A stretch of DNA of 20,000 nucleotides from an uncultured archaeon (GTDB lineage Archaea; Thermoproteota; Nitrososphaeria_A; Caldarchaeales; Calditenuaceae). A program made the position numbers and the translations under genes. The notes below the pieces were generated by a model. It was not told where the DNA came from. It saw nothing but the letters and a program-made list of their open reading frames with translations, and did no database searches. The stretch covers positions 1 through 20,000 of the forward strand of contig CAKZUF010000037.1 in assembly GCA_937921685.1 (NCBI GenBank), given 5' to 3'. Below, in pieces: positions 8,431 to 18,009 of the stretch (position 1 is its first letter; the number at the start of each line of letters is the position of its first letter).

Positions 8431-9318
8431 GTGCTGCGGATCGGCGTCGTGGGCCATGTGGTGGTTGACGAGGTGGTATGGCGCGGGGGTGGGAGAGTAT
8501 CGCCCGGCGGCGTCCCAACATACGCAGGCCTCGCGATCTCCTCGCTCGGGCACAGGGCCCTAGCGGTCTCCAACATCGGGCCCGACGGCCTCTGGCTCTT
8601 GGATAGGCTCAGGGAGCTCGGCGTGGACACGTCCCACGTCAGGGTGCTGGAGGGCCATGCGACTACTCGCTTCAGGATTGAGAGGGTCGATGGCGGCCGG
8701 AGGATGTGGGTTCCGGCTAGGTGTGTGGGTATAGATGCGGGGCAGCTGGAGATCGAGGCGGACGCCGTCTATCTCGGGCCCGTCGCCGGCGAGATCACAT
8801 CTGAGCTCGTCGCGGCCGCTGTGGGGAGGTTTGGAAAAGTTGCGCTGGACCCGCAGGGGTTGATGAGGGTCCTCGGCGCAGACAGCAGCGTGTCCCTGAG
8901 GCCGATAAGCCTAGAGCCGTTCAGGGGCATAAGCGTCCTGAGGTTCTCCGAGGAGGAGTACAGGGTCCTCGGATACTCTACGCCGCGCGAAGCCGCTGTC
9001 AAGGCCTCTGAGGCGCTGGGCTGTGACGTAGTGGCCTCCTCAACCTCACAAGGCATCTGGGTCTGTGGGGGTGGCGTGGTCTTGAGGTGCTTGGTGAGGG
9101 CTGACAGGGTTGTGGACACTGTGGGTGCGGGCGACGTCGTGGGGGGAGCCTATCTCGTCGGGCTACTAGAGACTGGTGATAGGGCCTATGCACTGGCGCT
9201 GGCGATGGCTGCGGTGGTGCACAGGATGCGCTTCCAAGGCCCTGCGAGGCTTGAGAACTCTGCGGTAAGGGAGGATGCCGAGAGGATGTGGGAGAGCGTT
9301 GAGAGGGTGAGCCCCTAG
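8431..9318 (+). CDS. PfkB family carbohydrate kinase
   Basis: VVWRGGGRVSPGGVPTYAGLAISSLGHRALAVSNIGPDG and C-terminal DTVGAGDVVGGAYLVGLL signature; GTG start. Confidence 0.93.
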   Translation: MLRIGVVGHVVVDEVVWRGGGRVSPGGVPTYAGLAISSLGHRALAVSNIGPDGLWLLDRLRELGVDTSHVRVLEGHATTRFRIERVDGGRRMWVPARCVGIDAGQLEIEADAVYLGPVAGEITSELVAAAVGRFGKVALDPQGLMRVLGADSSVSLRPISLEPFRGISVLRFSEEEYRVLGYSTPREAAVKASEALGCDVVASSTSQGIWVCGGGVVLRCLVRADRVVDTVGAGDVVGGAYLVGLLETGDRAYALALAMAAVVHRMRFQGPARLENSAVREDAERMWESVERVSP

Positions 9319-9364
9319 GAGAATGGCCTCAATGGTTAAGAGCGCCGAGCAGGTTGGAGGATGA

Positions 9365-11089
9365 GTGGTGCCGAAGGAGAGCGGCACAAGGCTCGACGGC
9401 CAGCAGCCCGTCATCGACCCGCACGCGCCGTCTAGGCTAGCCTCCAAAATCAAGGGGCTTGGAACACTACAAGCCACAACCCACACTCCAGTCTATACGA
9501 TGCACAAGTTCTGGGCCAGGAGGCCCTGGAAACTCTTCAAAACCCTCATCCAAGAATTCACGAGCCCGGGCGACCTGATACTCGACCCATTCGCAGGTGG
9601 AGGAGTCGTCCTCGTAGAGGGCCTCGCAGAGCACAGGAGAGTGATAGCAGTTGACATCAACCCCCTCGCAGCATTCATCATGAGACACGAGGTCGAGCCG
9701 CTAGACTTGGAGCTGTATGAGAAGGCGCTGGGCATGGTCGCTGGAAGTGTTGAGCCGCTGGCCCAGAGGCTCTACCATGTCCGCTGCCCCTCCTGTGGTG
9801 GTGGAGCCCAGGCACACTGGACCGAATTCTTGTCGGGTAGTGGAGAGCCGGTCAGGACCCGATACAGCTGTCCGGCCTGCGGCGGGCGGGGAGAGAAGAG
9901 GCCAGAGCCTGGCGACCTTCCACCACCTCCAAGCCCACCCAGCTTCGAGAGAGTCGAGATACCGCACGGCGACAAGACCCGAGACCTCCTCAAACTCGGC
10001 CTAAGGTTCTTCGACGAGCTATACACGCCGCGGAACCTCTACATGATCCTCAAGATCAAGGAGGAGGTTGAGAAGGTCTGTGGCTCCGGGGGCCTAGAGT
10101 CTGTCAGGTCCTTCCTCCTCTTCACGCTCAGCAGCACGTTGAAGTGGGCCTCAAAGATGAGCCACTTGAGGGGCAGGATTCTCGAGGGCTGGGCGATGCA
10201 CGCCTACTGGATCTACCCAAGGCATGTCGAGGTGAATGTCTGGAGGCAATTTATGAACAGGGCCCACGCAATAATCCGCGGCAAGACCTACTCGAACACC
10301 TACATCGGCGAATATGTGCGGGATGCTAGCTCTTTCGAGGACCTGTCGAAGGGTTGCACCTACATGGTCCTGAACCGGGATGCGAGAAGTCTCCCAATCC
10401 CCTCGGAGTCCGTGGAAGCGGTAATTACAGACCCGCCCTACGGCGACAACGTGAACTACGCCGAGCTCTCAGACTATTTTCTCTGGATATTCGGGAGGTC
10501 CTCGCCTAAGGAGGGTGAGGTCGTTATAAACAGGGCTAGGGGCTCGACGCTCCGGGACTACTGTGAGGGGTTGAGGGAGGTCTTCTCCGAGTGTAACAGG
10601 GTCCTCAAGCCCACGGGCCTCCTAATCTCCACATTCAACAGCAAGGACGCCTCCGTGGTCGCGGCCTTCTTCAATGCACTGAGGGAGGCGGGGTTCGGAT
10701 TCATCGGAGCCTCACCGCAACCATATCTCAAGGCCTACCAGACAACGTTCCACGCCCTCCAAGTAGACTCGATGCCCTTCGACTACGTCTTCTTCTTCGC
10801 AAAGGGCTTCGACTGCGGGTGTGAAGCTCCGGGCCTCGAGAGCTTCAGGGATAGTATCGAGGCGCTGGTGAGGCTCTGCGTGGAGGAGGGGTGGAGTGAG
10901 AGGGAGTTCAGGGCCCATGCCTATCCCCTTCTCATCAGATTCCTCGCACACGGGGACCTAGCCCAGCTCTACACGGCCGCCACAATCCTCGATAAGACAG
11001 TCCGGAGGGAGCGCAGATACTTCAGAGAGGTTAGGGCTAGGATTGTCGGCTCGAGGAGGCTGGGAATGGGTCTTGGAGATACTGGTTAA
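9365..11089 (+). CDS. DNA methylase with Zn-ribbon (COG1743-like, predicted exocyclic-amine N6A/N4C type)
   Basis: MHKFWARRPW, motif I-like LDPFAGGGVVLVEG, Zn-ribbon cysteines CPSCG...CPACG, motif IV DPPYGDNVNYAELSDYF, and VLKPTGLLISTF. GGAGG precedes the GTG start. Confidence 0.88.
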   Translation: MVPKESGTRLDGQQPVIDPHAPSRLASKIKGLGTLQATTHTPVYTMHKFWARRPWKLFKTLIQEFTSPGDLILDPFAGGGVVLVEGLAEHRRVIAVDINPLAAFIMRHEVEPLDLELYEKALGMVAGSVEPLAQRLYHVRCPSCGGGAQAHWTEFLSGSGEPVRTRYSCPACGGRGEKRPEPGDLPPPPSPPSFERVEIPHGDKTRDLLKLGLRFFDELYTPRNLYMILKIKEEVEKVCGSGGLESVRSFLLFTLSSTLKWASKMSHLRGRILEGWAMHAYWIYPRHVEVNVWRQFMNRAHAIIRGKTYSNTYIGEYVRDASSFEDLSKGCTYMVLNRDARSLPIPSESVEAVITDPPYGDNVNYAELSDYFLWIFGRSSPKEGEVVINRARGSTLRDYCEGLREVFSECNRVLKPTGLLISTFNSKDASVVAAFFNALREAGFGFIGASPQPYLKAYQTTFHALQVDSMPFDYVFFFAKGFDCGCEAPGLESFRDSIEALVRLCVEEGWSEREFRAHAYPLLIRFLAHGDLAQLYTAATILDKTVRRERRYFREVRARIVGSRRLGMGLGDTG

Positions 11090-12143
11090 GACTCCGCTGG
11101 GTCTTGAGGAGGTCTGCGCCTCGAGGATAGCTGAGCTGGACCCCGGTGCCGAGGTGGTGGTTAGGCCTAGAGGGTACGTGGGGCTTGTGGGTGTGGTGCG
11201 GTGCAGCGACCCGGATGGCCTCTACCAGCGAATACTCTTGGAGGTCTTGGAGTCTGAGAGCGTCTACAAGGTGGCGGCGGTTGCGAGGGCGGATAGCTTG
11301 GAGGGGATTGCGGAGGCCGCGGTCCGGGCGGCCCGAGGCAGGCTCGACGGCGGAAAGTCCTTCGCCGTCAGGACTGTGAGGAGGGGGCGGCACAGCTTCA
11401 CAAGCTTAGATGTAAACGTCGCAGTAGGCGCGGCGATACAGCGCGAATACTCTGCGCCGGTCGACTTGGACCATCCGGACGTGGTCGTGCGGGTCGAGAT
11501 CATCGACGACGCCGCGTATCTCTCGGTCTATGAGGGTGGGCGGGAGTGGGTTAAGATGGGGCCGGGGAAGAGGGAGGCCTGGGGCTTCTTCAGCAAGATA
11601 AGCGTGGTTCAGATGCCGTATGTTGGGCCGCCCAAGTCTTGTAGGGAGATGGGTGCGAGGATTGGGAGGGCTGTCCAGGCCTTTGAGGTGGGCGAGCTCG
11701 TGGTCGCACCCTCGGAGCCGGTTGACGCGCGGTCTCTCGCAGAGTTTCTGCTGGGTGTATTGGAGGGGCTTGAGAGCAGGTTTGAGGTCCAGCTCAGGGC
11801 CTATGCTAGGAGGCCGAGGAGGGTCAGCGTCACGGTCCAAGACCTTTACCAGCTGGTCAGGGCTAGGAGGGGTGAGCCGATAATAGTCTTCGAGCCGGAG
11901 GGCGTGGAGCTCTCAAGGGCCTCGGAGCGGCTCGCGGAGCTCTACAGCTCTGCCAGGCGCATCAACTTCCTCTTCGGCTCTAGGGAGGGTGTCCCGAAGG
12001 GAATCTACAGGGTTGCAGACCTTGTCGTAGATCTGGCACCAGCGATGACACTCCCCACAGAGCTTGCGGCACCCACAGCCCTCCTAGCAGCATACACAGC
12101 CCTCAGGCTCTCCAAGACAGAGGCCGGCGTTGAGGAGGCGTGA
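11043..12143 (+). CDS. THUMP domain / SPOUT-like RNA methylase
   Basis: THUMP-like ILVKTPLGLEEVCASRIAELDPGAEVVVRPRGYVGLV...KSFAVRTVRRGRHSFTSLDVNVAVGAAI and SPOUT-like FLFGSREGVPKGIYRVADLVVDLAPAMTLPTELAAPTALLAAYTAL. The start may instead be the in-frame TTG at 11073. Confidence 0.85.
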   Translation: MSARGGWEWVLEILVKTPLGLEEVCASRIAELDPGAEVVVRPRGYVGLVGVVRCSDPDGLYQRILLEVLESESVYKVAAVARADSLEGIAEAAVRAARGRLDGGKSFAVRTVRRGRHSFTSLDVNVAVGAAIQREYSAPVDLDHPDVVVRVEIIDDAAYLSVYEGGREWVKMGPGKREAWGFFSKISVVQMPYVGPPKSCREMGARIGRAVQAFEVGELVVAPSEPVDARSLAEFLLGVLEGLESRFEVQLRAYARRPRRVSVTVQDLYQLVRARRGEPIIVFEPEGVELSRASERLAELYSSARRINFLFGSREGVPKGIYRVADLVVDLAPAMTLPTELAAPTALLAAYTALRLSKTEAGVEEA

Positions 12144-12147
12144 AGAA

Positions 12148-14025
12148 CTACCGGGCCCGAAGCCTCTCCATTAAGAGTTTGTTGAGAAGGCCGCCGTCCA
12201 CTCTCCCCCTATACCTCCTCATCAGCTCACCCATCAGACGGCCAGCCGCGGACCCCCTCTCACCGGCCGGAACGCTCGAGACCAGCTCTTCGATGAAGGT
12301 CTTCACCTCCTCTATCGGCGGCGCCCTAAGCCCCAGCCTGTCAACCGCCTGCTCAGCCGTGAGGGAGGGGTCCCTCGCTATCTCTGCTAGGACCTGGAGG
12401 GCTGACTCCTTCGCGGTCACGCCGAGGCTTACGAGCCTGAAGTAGTCGTAGATGTGGCTTGGCGAGATGTTCTCGACCCTGTAGCCCTCCCTCCTCAGCT
12501 GCTTCAGCCCCTCAGTCAAGACGCTGGCGACTACGCTGGGCGCCACGCCAAGCCCCACAACCCTCTCAAACTCCTCAACCATCTCAGAGTCGATGAGCTC
12601 CCAGGCAAGCTGACTGCTGAGTCTGTACCGCTGGACAAGGTCCTCGGCGACCCTCTCGAGAGGAGGTGGCAGGCTCCTCTCAATCTCCTCCAAGACCTCG
12701 CGCGAGACCCTGAAGGGCGGTATGTCTGTCTCGGGATACATCCGAGCCGAACCGGGTCGCGGACGCATGTAGACTGTGGTGCCGTCTGGGAGGGCTGCGC
12801 GCGTCTCATCCGGTATGTTGGTGCAGGCCTGAGCGGCCCTCATCCTCACAGCCTCCAGAGCCTCCCTCGCCCTAGCTTCGCGGCCAGCTACAAGCACGAA
12901 GGCGTCCGAGTCGCCCACACCCAGCAGCCTCCGCGCCTCCCTCACCTCGTCCTCGCCGATGCCGTAGCCCGGAAGCTCGTCGGAGTGGAAGATACCCTCC
13001 ACGCCACCCCAAGCCTTCGCGTATTCGGCGAGCTCCCTCCCAAGCCTCACGTCGCCCTCGCCGCGCAACAGCCCAGCGAAGCCCGGAAGCCTAAGCCCCA
13101 GAACCACGCCCCCTTCACTGATCTTGCGGCGTATCACGCGGCTGCCACTCTCCCTAAAGACCTCGGTCAGGTCCACTATGGGCTGGGCCTCCACGGCCCC
13201 CGGAGCCACACCCCTCTCCCTAAGCTTCTCAACCAGGTTCAAGAGGTGTTTGAGCCGCCTAGCCTCATACTCTATGACCCGCGGTATGAGCTCGAGCTCT
13301 TGGACACCCTTAACCTCCATCAAGCCGCTCCCCCGTATCGAGATGTTCAGGTCCTGCCTCACAGTGCCCAGCCCCCTCTTGACGCCCCGTGTAGCCCTGA
13401 GGATTCTGCCGATAGCCTCAGCGGCCCTAGCGGCCAAGGCCGGCGTGTAGAGGACGGGGCCGGTCGAGACCTCTATCAATGGTATCCCAAGCCTCGAGAG
13501 GTCGTAGACAACCTCATCCGCCTCCGCCCTCACTATCCTCGCCGCATCCTCCTCCAGCGTGATGGTCTGGATTGGGATAGGCTGGCCGTCAACAACTATC
13601 TCACCTCCTAGGGCGACCATGCATGTTCTCTGGAAGCCTGAGGTGTTGCTCCCATCTATCACGATCTTCCTCATGACGTGTATCTCGTCGACTGGCTTAG
13701 CCCTCATCATTAGGGCGGTGGTCAGGGCTATGCGGACAGCCTCGGGGTTGATTGGGTGTGGGGGCTCCTCGTCGAGCTCGACCAGACACGCAGAGTTGAA
13801 GTCATACTCGTAGACTATCCTCCTCATCCTCCTAGCCTCGAAGCGGGCAGCCTGGTCCACCTCGCCGAGCTCGCTCTGGGTCTCCCTGAGAAACCTGACC
13901 ACCCTGAGCTTAGAGCCCTCATGTGCAGGCGGAGAGGTGCTACACTTGCAGAAGAGCTTATGCCTAGTGTCCAGTTGCCTATGAATCTCCAGCCCAACCC
14001 TGAGGCCCAGCTCCTCGTAGCTCAT
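12148..14025 (-). CDS. gatE: Glu-tRNA(Gln) amidotransferase subunit E
   Basis: GatB/E signature LGLRVGLEIHRQLDTRHKLFCKCST, TCMVALGG, RGLGTVRQDLNISIRGSG, GEGDVRLGRELAEYA (GAD-like insert), and C-terminal YqeY-like tail. Confidence 0.97.
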   Translation of the reverse strand: MSYEELGLRVGLEIHRQLDTRHKLFCKCSTSPPAHEGSKLRVVRFLRETQSELGEVDQAARFEARRMRRIVYEYDFNSACLVELDEEPPHPINPEAVRIALTTALMMRAKPVDEIHVMRKIVIDGSNTSGFQRTCMVALGGEIVVDGQPIPIQTITLEEDAARIVRAEADEVVYDLSRLGIPLIEVSTGPVLYTPALAARAAEAIGRILRATRGVKRGLGTVRQDLNISIRGSGLMEVKGVQELELIPRVIEYEARRLKHLLNLVEKLRERGVAPGAVEAQPIVDLTEVFRESGSRVIRRKISEGGVVLGLRLPGFAGLLRGEGDVRLGRELAEYAKAWGGVEGIFHSDELPGYGIGEDEVREARRLLGVGDSDAFVLVAGREARAREALEAVRMRAAQACTNIPDETRAALPDGTTVYMRPRPGSARMYPETDIPPFRVSREVLEEIERSLPPPLERVAEDLVQRYRLSSQLAWELIDSEMVEEFERVVGLGVAPSVVASVLTEGLKQLRREGYRVENISPSHIYDYFRLVSLGVTAKESALQVLAEIARDPSLTAEQAVDRLGLRAPPIEEVKTFIEELVSSVPAGERGSAAGRLMGELMRRYRGRVDGGLLNKLLMERLRAR

Positions 14026-15368
14026 ACACCACCCACACCCTGCGGCAGAACCCTGGCGCCAACCTCTCGCGCCACCGGTGTCAGCATCAACCTCGCCAGC
14101 TCCTCAAGGCTCCCAGCCCTCTTCAACGCCCACATGAGCTTGACGAGCGCAACCTCCGCGAGCATGTCGTCCAACTCGACTACTCCGGCGTTCAATAGGT
14201 CTCGCCCAGTGTTGTAGACCCTCATGTTCACCCTCCCAAACCTGCACTGTGAGGTCATTCCGACGAAAAACCCATCCCCAGTCAGACGCCTAATCACGGG
14301 AATCCATCTCCTAGCTACGTGGCCTAGACCTGTCCCCTCTAAGACGACGCCCCTGAACCCATGCTCTGCGAGATACTCTAAGAACTCAGGCCCCATCCCC
14401 GGATAGAACTTGACAAGGGCCGCCCTGTCGCTGAAGCCGGGCGCATAGGTGAACCCGTCGCCCCCCCTCGCGTGATAGTCACTGTCAAGTATCCTGAGCG
14501 ACCCGCCGCTCAGAATCGCAAGTGGAGTGGCGTTGACGCTCTTGAAGGCGTCCCTGCTGCTTGTATGCATCTTCACTACCCGCGTTCCGCGGTGGACGGC
14601 TACGGCCTCGTCGGAGTGCCACGCATGCATCGCGACTACGACCTCGCCGAAGGGCGCCCGCGCAGCAACCCACACAGCCCCCATCAGGTTAAACGCCGCG
14701 TCGCTCGAGGGCCTGTCGCTGCTCCTCTGCGAGCCAACAAGGACTATCGGCACAGGGGGGTTCTGGAGTGTGAAGCTAAGGGCTGCAGCCGTATAGTGCA
14801 TCGTGTCAGTCCCATGCGTCAAGACAACACCGTCAAACCCCTCATCTATAACCCGCTTCACCCTCTCAGCAATCGCCTCCCACTCCCTAGCAGTAAAGTC
14901 CTCGCTATACAGCGAGAAGAGTACTTCAGCGTCGATCAACGCAAGCTCGGAGAGCTCGGGGACGAGGGAGACTAGGTCCTCAGAGGATATAGCCGGCCTC
15001 ACAGCGCCAGTCCTATAGTCCACGCGGCTGGCGATCGTGCCACCCGTCCCAATCACCTTGACCCGGGGTAGGCCACTCTTCTGGGGAGGTGGTGGTGGGC
15101 GGGTGAATGCTGGCCTCCGCCCAGCCGCAACCCTCTCAATCCTGCAGGAGGGGTCGACAGCAACTCCTATGTTGTAGCCGTTGCTCAGCTTGAGCACGAG
15201 GACATTCTCGGCTGAGAGCTCGCCCTTGAACATCAATAGGCCCCTAAACCTCGAGCCGTCAGGCCGCTCGACGACGACTTCGTCGCCAATCTCAGCCCCG
15301 GCCGCCCTAATCATCTCTAAGAGAAACCCGCTATACCCCTCCCATCTATCCACACTAGACACCTGCAC
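14022..15368 (-). CDS. gatD: Glu-tRNA(Gln) amidotransferase subunit D (asparaginase-like)
   Basis: VIGTGGTIASRVDYRTGAVRPAIS, GVVLTHGTDTMHYTAAALSF, VLVGSQRSSDRPSSDAAFNL, and adjacent gatE with ATGA overlap. GTG start. Confidence 0.97.
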   Translation of the reverse strand: MQVSSVDRWEGYSGFLLEMIRAAGAEIGDEVVVERPDGSRFRGLLMFKGELSAENVLVLKLSNGYNIGVAVDPSCRIERVAAGRRPAFTRPPPPPQKSGLPRVKVIGTGGTIASRVDYRTGAVRPAISSEDLVSLVPELSELALIDAEVLFSLYSEDFTAREWEAIAERVKRVIDEGFDGVVLTHGTDTMHYTAAALSFTLQNPPVPIVLVGSQRSSDRPSSDAAFNLMGAVWVAARAPFGEVVVAMHAWHSDEAVAVHRGTRVVKMHTSSRDAFKSVNATPLAILSGGSLRILDSDYHARGGDGFTYAPGFSDRAALVKFYPGMGPEFLEYLAEHGFRGVVLEGTGLGHVARRWIPVIRRLTGDGFFVGMTSQCRFGRVNMRVYNTGRDLLNAGVVELDDMLAEVALVKLMWALKRAGSLEELARLMLTPVAREVGARVLPQGVGGV

Positions 15369-15455
15369 AGAGAGGGCGCCCCCCAGTCAAAAACCCTCCG
15401 TCCCCCCAAATAACCGCAGAGGCGAGACCCCCAGTAGACGCGGGGAGCCGTCGAG

Positions 15456-16316
15456 TCAGGACTGTAGATGAAATATCTCCCAGACCCTATTGCAGACCTT
15501 TACGACTTCCTCCAGGAACGAGGGGCCATAATGCGCAAGGGTGTCGGCTGGGAGTGTCAGGACACTGCCTGTCTTGACGGCCCTCAACTCTTCCAGCCCC
15601 CTCCTCCTCATCACCTCCAGACCCTCATCAGGTGATGGGTGAAAGCTCTTAGACTCGTAGACTATCACGTCGGGGTCCCTCCTCAGCAGCTCTCCTGCGA
15701 CATCCAGCACAGGGTAGTCGCCCACCCTCATGCCATACAGGTATTCATTTGGGGAGTCGCCGAATATGTTGGCTATACCCGCCAAGTGGAGCGCGGAGTT
15801 AATGTGGTTGAAGTAGGCCGGCACCGTGGGGCCTCCCAAGTCGATCTCGACGTAGACCCTGGGCACCCTATCCCCACTCCTCAAGGCCCTCAAACCCTCC
15901 AAGCGTCTTGCCAGCCTGTCCGAGAGGCTGAGAGCAGCCTCCGGCTCCCCAACCATCCCACCCACCTCCACCACCATCGACAAGATGGCGTAGACATCCT
16001 TGGGCAGCGGAACCGGATATGTTGGGTAGCCGAGGGATAATAGCTTCTCGAGCACCCTACGCTGCGCACCCACAGTCGTGAAAACCAGCTCGGGCCTAAG
16101 CTCCCTGACCTTGTCGCTGAGAATCTCCGTGTAGCCGCCCACCTTCGGCCTCTCGAGAGCCTCGCGAGGCCTGTGACACCAGCTCGAAACACCCACAACC
16201 CTTTCACCCACACCAAGCATGAAGAGAATCTCCGTGACAGAAGGACACAGGCTGACAATCCTAGACGGCCTATCAGGATACTCAACCCACCCCACATAAG
16301 GACTATAAACCCTCAA
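15456..16316 (-). CDS. BtuF-like cobalamin/corrinoid or siderophore-type substrate-binding protein; start re-assigned to TTG 16316
   Basis: RIVSLCPSVTEILFMLGVGERVVGVSSWCHRPREALERPKVGGYTEILSDKVRELRPELVFTT is typical of COG0614. TTTTTTA on the minus strand near 16345 lies about 27-30 nt upstream of TTG 16314-16316, supporting the shorter ORF. Confidence 0.8.
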   Translation of the reverse strand: MRVYSPYVGWVEYPDRPSRIVSLCPSVTEILFMLGVGERVVGVSSWCHRPREALERPKVGGYTEILSDKVRELRPELVFTTVGAQRRVLEKLLSLGYPTYPVPLPKDVYAILSMVVEVGGMVGEPEAALSLSDRLARRLEGLRALRSGDRVPRVYVEIDLGGPTVPAYFNHINSALHLAGIANIFGDSPNEYLYGMRVGDYPVLDVAGELLRRDPDVIVYESKSFHPSPDEGLEVMRRRGLEELRAVKTGSVLTLPADTLAHYGPSFLEEVVKVCNRVWEIFHLQS

Positions 16317-16393
16317 CCCAACCCAGTAACACGCAACGAGGCCTAAAAAACCATCAACCAACCCACTAGCAGCACTATCTACACCCTAATCAC

Positions 16394-16978
16394 TTACCTG
16401 AGTGAACTCCAACCAACAGTTATCAAAACTATCAACAATATGTCAATGACTATACTCAAACCAGCTAGGGCAACTAAGGGTCCTAAGAATAAAGCTAGGG
16501 GTCCTAAAACGAATAAAAGAGGTAAGGAGACAAGAATGCTAATTATGGACAGCGCGATCCCCAAAATGCCCCCTCTTCGTAAACCATCCCAAAGCCAGTT
16601 CCCAGCAACCAAATACAGTATACCAAAAACAAGAATTACTAATCCTATGAGGAGTATACCCGCGGCCGTTACTCCTGTTAGGGGACCAATAAAAGGCACG
16701 CTTGTAAATGAGGCTGCTGATCCGGCAAAAGCCGAGAAGACCAGACCCGATATTATTCCTAAGGCTCCAAAGATAAAGAATAGTATGGCTGCCACCGTGA
16801 TAGAAGCCGGCCTCACATATTTCTCTGCCCTTTCAGCCTCTCTTCCGAAGATCTTATCAGCGTCGGATTTACAATATAATTTCCCGGCAATCCTAACACT
16901 ACAACCCTCACAAAGCCCCTGACCACAGACAGAGCAGACAGCCACAGCATCCCGATCAGGATGAGTGAAACACTTCAA
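16394..16978 (-). CDS. membrane protein with N-terminal B-box/treble-clef-like zinc finger
   Basis: CFTHPDRDAVAVCSVCGQGLCEGCSVRIAGKLYCKSDA followed by several hydrophobic helices. Confidence 0.75.
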   Translation of the reverse strand: MKCFTHPDRDAVAVCSVCGQGLCEGCSVRIAGKLYCKSDADKIFGREAERAEKYVRPASITVAAILFFIFGALGIISGLVFSAFAGSAASFTSVPFIGPLTGVTAAGILLIGLVILVFGILYLVAGNWLWDGLRRGGILGIALSIISILVSLPLLFVLGPLALFLGPLVALAGLSIVIDILLIVLITVGWSSLR

Positions 16979-17118
16979 ATCTACACCATCGTTTAGCCCA
17001 TTGCGTTGAGATAAGCTTTTCTATCATCTCTACATATCCGCTATTATCCATGCTTGGATTGCGGGTCTACGCTTGGGAGGTCAGTCCATATTGCCTCTAT
17101 CTCCCACTCCTTGTGCCT

Positions 17119-18009
17119 TTATTTTGTTCTTTTCTGTGAAAGCATAATTCCAGTTATGATGAGTGATGAGCCCATCAAGAATTGTGGGGTTAACTCATCG
17201 CCGAGGAATATTACTGATATTAGTGTTGCAGTTAAAGGGCTCATAAACATGAATGCCGAGGCCCTAGGAGCTTCGAGGTGACGCATCGCTATGAAGAAGA
17301 ATAGAGAACCGAATGCTTGTGCTGCCGCCCAGTAAATAACAAGCCAGATATGCGTCACGTTTATCCAGATGAGATCGTTAAGTCTTGAAGTTACGAGTGT
17401 AATCAATGTGAGTACAAGAGCTCCGAAGACTGAGCATATTGCCGTTGACAGTATTGGCTCATGGTTCTTCATTAAATGCCTACCAAGTATCGAGTAGGCT
17501 GATGTTACCAGTGCGCCGAAAATTGAGAATATTGCTCCAGGGTAGATCCCTGATGGTGATGTGATGCTTAGTCCTTGTAATAAGAGAACTATTCCGATAA
17601 ATGCTATGCCTATGCCAAGATATCCAATGTTGCTTAGCATTTCCTTAATGGTTGGTATTGATAGAAGTGCGACGAGGATGGGGGCTGTATTTATAAGCAT
17701 TGCATTGGTTGATGGTGGAATATAGGCTAAGGCCGTGTAAGAGAGCAGTGGGAATATACCGAATTGTAGGCTTCCTGCCAGTCCAGACATGGATAGTAAG
17801 CCGGCTTGTCTACGTATGCCTGTAGTTCTAATTTTTAGGGCGGGAATAAATGAGAGCAGGATGATGCAACTGATTAATGTGCTTAAGAATGCTATTTGTA
17901 TAGAATCCATGTGTGGCGTAGGGCTCGTAAGTATGCTTCTGATTACTGGATGTCCGGAGCCCCACAAAAATCCAGCAATAGCCATAAATATGTATTCTTT
18001 GCGCATCAT
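17119..18009 (-). CDS. DMT superfamily (EamA) transporter
   Basis: FLWGSGHPVIRSIL, LSYTALAYIPPSTNAMLINTAPILVALLSI, and second repeat MRHLEAPRASAFMFMSPLTATLISVIFLGDELTPQFLMGSSLIITGIMLS. Confidence 0.92.
   Translation of the reverse strand: MMRKEYIFMAIAGFLWGSGHPVIRSILTSPTPHMDSIQIAFLSTLISCIILLSFIPALKIRTTGIRRQAGLLSMSGLAGSLQFGIFPLLSYTALAYIPPSTNAMLINTAPILVALLSIPTIKEMLSNIGYLGIGIAFIGIVLLLQGLSITSPSGIYPGAIFSIFGALVTSAYSILGRHLMKNHEPILSTAICSVFGALVLTLITLVTSRLNDLIWINVTHIWLVIYWAAAQAFGSLFFFIAMRHLEAPRASAFMFMSPLTATLISVIFLGDELTPQFLMGSSLIITGIMLSQKRTK

Noticed and set aside
8316-8630. 104 aa minus-strand ORF overlapping 5S rRNA
   Set aside because: Overlaps the 5S gene and is antisense to the PfkB kinase; not credible as coding.
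9365-11089. Methylase as part of a BREX/DISARM-like defence system
   Set aside because: No helicase, PglX/PglZ, DUF1998, phospholipase or DUF499 partner within the window; flanked by housekeeping-type genes.
12454-13611. 385 aa plus-strand ORF
   Set aside because: Fully antisense to gatE, whose protein is unmistakable; low-complexity Pro/Leu/Arg/His composition is typical of a high-GC shadow ORF.
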